Positions 62,391 through 64,000 of a stretch of 64,000 bases of DNA are shown in pieces (positions within the stretch are counted from its first letter, which is position 1; every line of letters begins with the position of its first letter). Where the stretch lies: NCBI GenBank assembly GCA_963700895.1, contig CAVOZI010000010.1, positions 4,113 to 68,112 of the forward strand. Reading direction: 5' to 3'. Both the position numbers and the translations under genes were made by a program. The stretch is from an uncultured Alphaproteobacteria bacterium. Its GTDB lineage: Bacteria; Pseudomonadota; Alphaproteobacteria; Rhizobiales; Aestuariivirgaceae. The notes below the pieces were generated by a model. The model was not told the origin of the DNA, made no database searches, and saw only the letters and a list, made by a program, of their open reading frames with translations.

Positions 62391-62813
62391 CGGACCGGCC
62401 CCAGCCTTCCCGCAGGGGACGGAGTCAGCGGGCACAGCTGTAAGCGCAGCGCCACCGGCATCAGACGTCTCCATCCGGATTCGACCGCAACAGGGGACGG
62501 GCATATGGTGGTAGTACTGATGATTGCAACCGGGACCCTGCTCGCAGGGCTGACCTATGAAATCCGGCGCTGCATTGCTCGCGGCAAACCCTGAAAGACC
62601 CTGCGGTCGAGGTATCGAAGGCTGTCGGGTTGCGATGCCTGACCGGCGCCTGAGGAGCAATATCGACAGGCGCGTCAGCCGCGAGACCATGCACCTGCTA
62701 CGGCTTGTCGATATCTACCACCCCGGCGCCAGGCCACTCGACGACCTGATATTGATTGCGGCCGGGATTCGATCCACCATGGTGCAATTGGGAGAGCCTG
62801 GGGGCAAAAGACC

Positions 62814-63269
62814 ATGAGCAACGTCCCGCATATCGCAAGACTGGTGCAACAGGTGATCGACGATACCGGCCGCCGGGAGGATCCCGAGCGGGTGGGCGTA
62901 GAAACAACCCAGGGCATGACCCGGAAACTGGGACTGACATCGAGGACGGTGCGCTTTTATTCGGAAGTGGGAATCGCCACACCGATCCGGCGTGGCATGA
63001 CGCGCCTGTTCACCCCCTCCCAGAGGCGGCGGCTGGAACTGGCCAGTGAGCTTCGCGCCCTTGACGTAGATGTAAAATCCATCGCCGACCTGCTTAACCG
63101 GCTCAGCGCACCCGGCAGCACCCATGACAAGCTCGACATGTTGAAGCGGTTGCTCACGGCGCACGTCGGTCACTTGCAGCAACAGGAGAAGGACAATCGC
63201 CAGCAGTTGCAGGTGACCGAGCGACTGGCACGGTTGCTGACCAGCAACGCTGCTGCCGGCGAGGCTTGA
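62814..63269 (+). CDS. MerR-family transcriptional regulator
   Basis: LGLTSRTVRFYSEVGI..P.RRG.TR.F....RL.....LR.L......I..LL and a C-terminal coiled coil. Confidence 0.82.
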   Translation: MSNVPHIARLVQQVIDDTGRREDPERVGVETTQGMTRKLGLTSRTVRFYSEVGIATPIRRGMTRLFTPSQRRRLELASELRALDVDVKSIADLLNRLSAPGSTHDKLDMLKRLLTAHVGHLQQQEKDNRQQLQVTERLARLLTSNAAAGEA

Positions 63270-63368
63270 CCCCCACGCCCATGACTTCAGCTGTGCAATT
63301 CATACCAGGACGGCAGTGATGTTTGGGGGGCGGCGATCCATCGCCAGGGAGCGGGAAAGGCCTTTGTG

Positions 63369-63701
63369 ATGATCATGCTTGTACGGATCTGCGTGCTCGC
63401 AGCCGGCTTCATTGCGACCGGTGCGGCTGCCAGCGAGGCACAGGAGCTTGGGCATGTCGATGCCGGCTTCGGGTTTGCTGCCGAGCACTGTGCCGGGTGT
63501 CATGACATCGCATCGCGCAATCCGATGACCACGGGGTCCGGCATTCCGACCTTTGCCACGGTGGCGAACACGCCCGGCATGACCCGCACCGCACTGGTGG
63601 TATGGATGCAGACGACGCATCCCGAGATGCCCGACCTGATCGTCGAACCACAGGACCTCGACAACGTCATTGCCTATATCCTGAGCCTCAGGCAGAGCTG
63701 A
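63369..63701 (+). CDS. Small periplasmic monoheme cytochrome c
   Basis: Signal peptide, CAGCH, HPEMP, VIAYILSL. Confidence 0.88.
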   Translation: MIMLVRICVLAAGFIATGAAASEAQELGHVDAGFGFAAEHCAGCHDIASRNPMTTGSGIPTFATVANTPGMTRTALVVWMQTTHPEMPDLIVEPQDLDNVIAYILSLRQS

Positions 63702-63710
63702 GGAACACCT

Positions 63711-64000
63711 GTGCAAGCGAGCCATCCATCAACACCTGACTATGTCCGCGCCCTGGCCCTGGTGCTGGGCAAGGACGCGCTGGCAGGTCACGATGCCGAG
63801 GCACTGGCACGGCTGGACCCGGTCGCGATGACCCGGCTGCTGTCCGACAATGGCTACCGGGAAGCCATCGAGGCGATGGCCGAACACGCCCGCACCTTCA
63901 CCGTGGTGATGCCGGACTATGAGCCGCTGGCCGCGTGGCTCGCTTCCTATGCCTGGGGTTATGGCCACCATGTCTGCATCGCCCGGTGGGGTTCAGACGC
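63711..64000 (+). CDS. Hypothetical protein, 5' part (runs off window)
   Basis: GAGGA RBS then GTG; open to window end: VQASHPSTPDYVRALALVLGKD...SYAWGYGHHVCIARWGSD. Confidence 0.6.
   Translation, partial: MQASHPSTPDYVRALALVLGKDALAGHDAEALARLDPVAMTRLLSDNGYREAIEAMAEHARTFTVVMPDYEPLAAWLASYAWGYGHHVCIARWGSD

Noticed and set aside
59707-62534. Identical 14-mer TGATTGCAACCGGG at 59707 and 62521 as att-like direct repeats
   Set aside because: Short enough to arise by chance, and there is no integrase or tRNA to support it

Overview
GC-rich alphaproteobacterial chromosomal segment, probably Hyphomicrobiales-like (inferred from gene content and CtrA/LexA-type motifs; not verified). 1-31.5 kb is housekeeping and catabolic: mtgA-ispA-ispG, ectoine and arginine/guanidino catabolism, a split aconitase X, a non-pyrrolysine MttB, cysD-cysNC, a thioesterase fused to an ammonia-lyase that lacks the MIO motif, and a sugar-acid oxidation cluster. 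31.6-55.3 kb is a cell-surface region: TadG-like gene, hybrid kinase, a lasso-type kinase/RRE/B2-protease/ABC module with no cyclase or precursor in the window, YdcF, a ~2,550-aa RTX/VCBS/PA14 adhesin interrupted after codon 9 by an IS1634 element (16-bp TIRs, 5-bp CCAAT duplication), and wecB facing a four-gene operon (YaiO-like barrel, processive GT2, beta-helix protein, membrane protein). 56-64 kb is accessory and island-like: small hypothetical genes, two cytochromes c, a MerR regulator, a 114-bp tandem duplication, and several CtrA, FNR and DnaA-type boxes. The best candidates for new systems are the WecB/GT2/YaiO surface-glycan locus and the orphan lasso-like machinery beside the giant adhesin. 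No rRNA, tRNA or CRISPR array was recognised. All family calls come from motif recognition by eye, not database searches.
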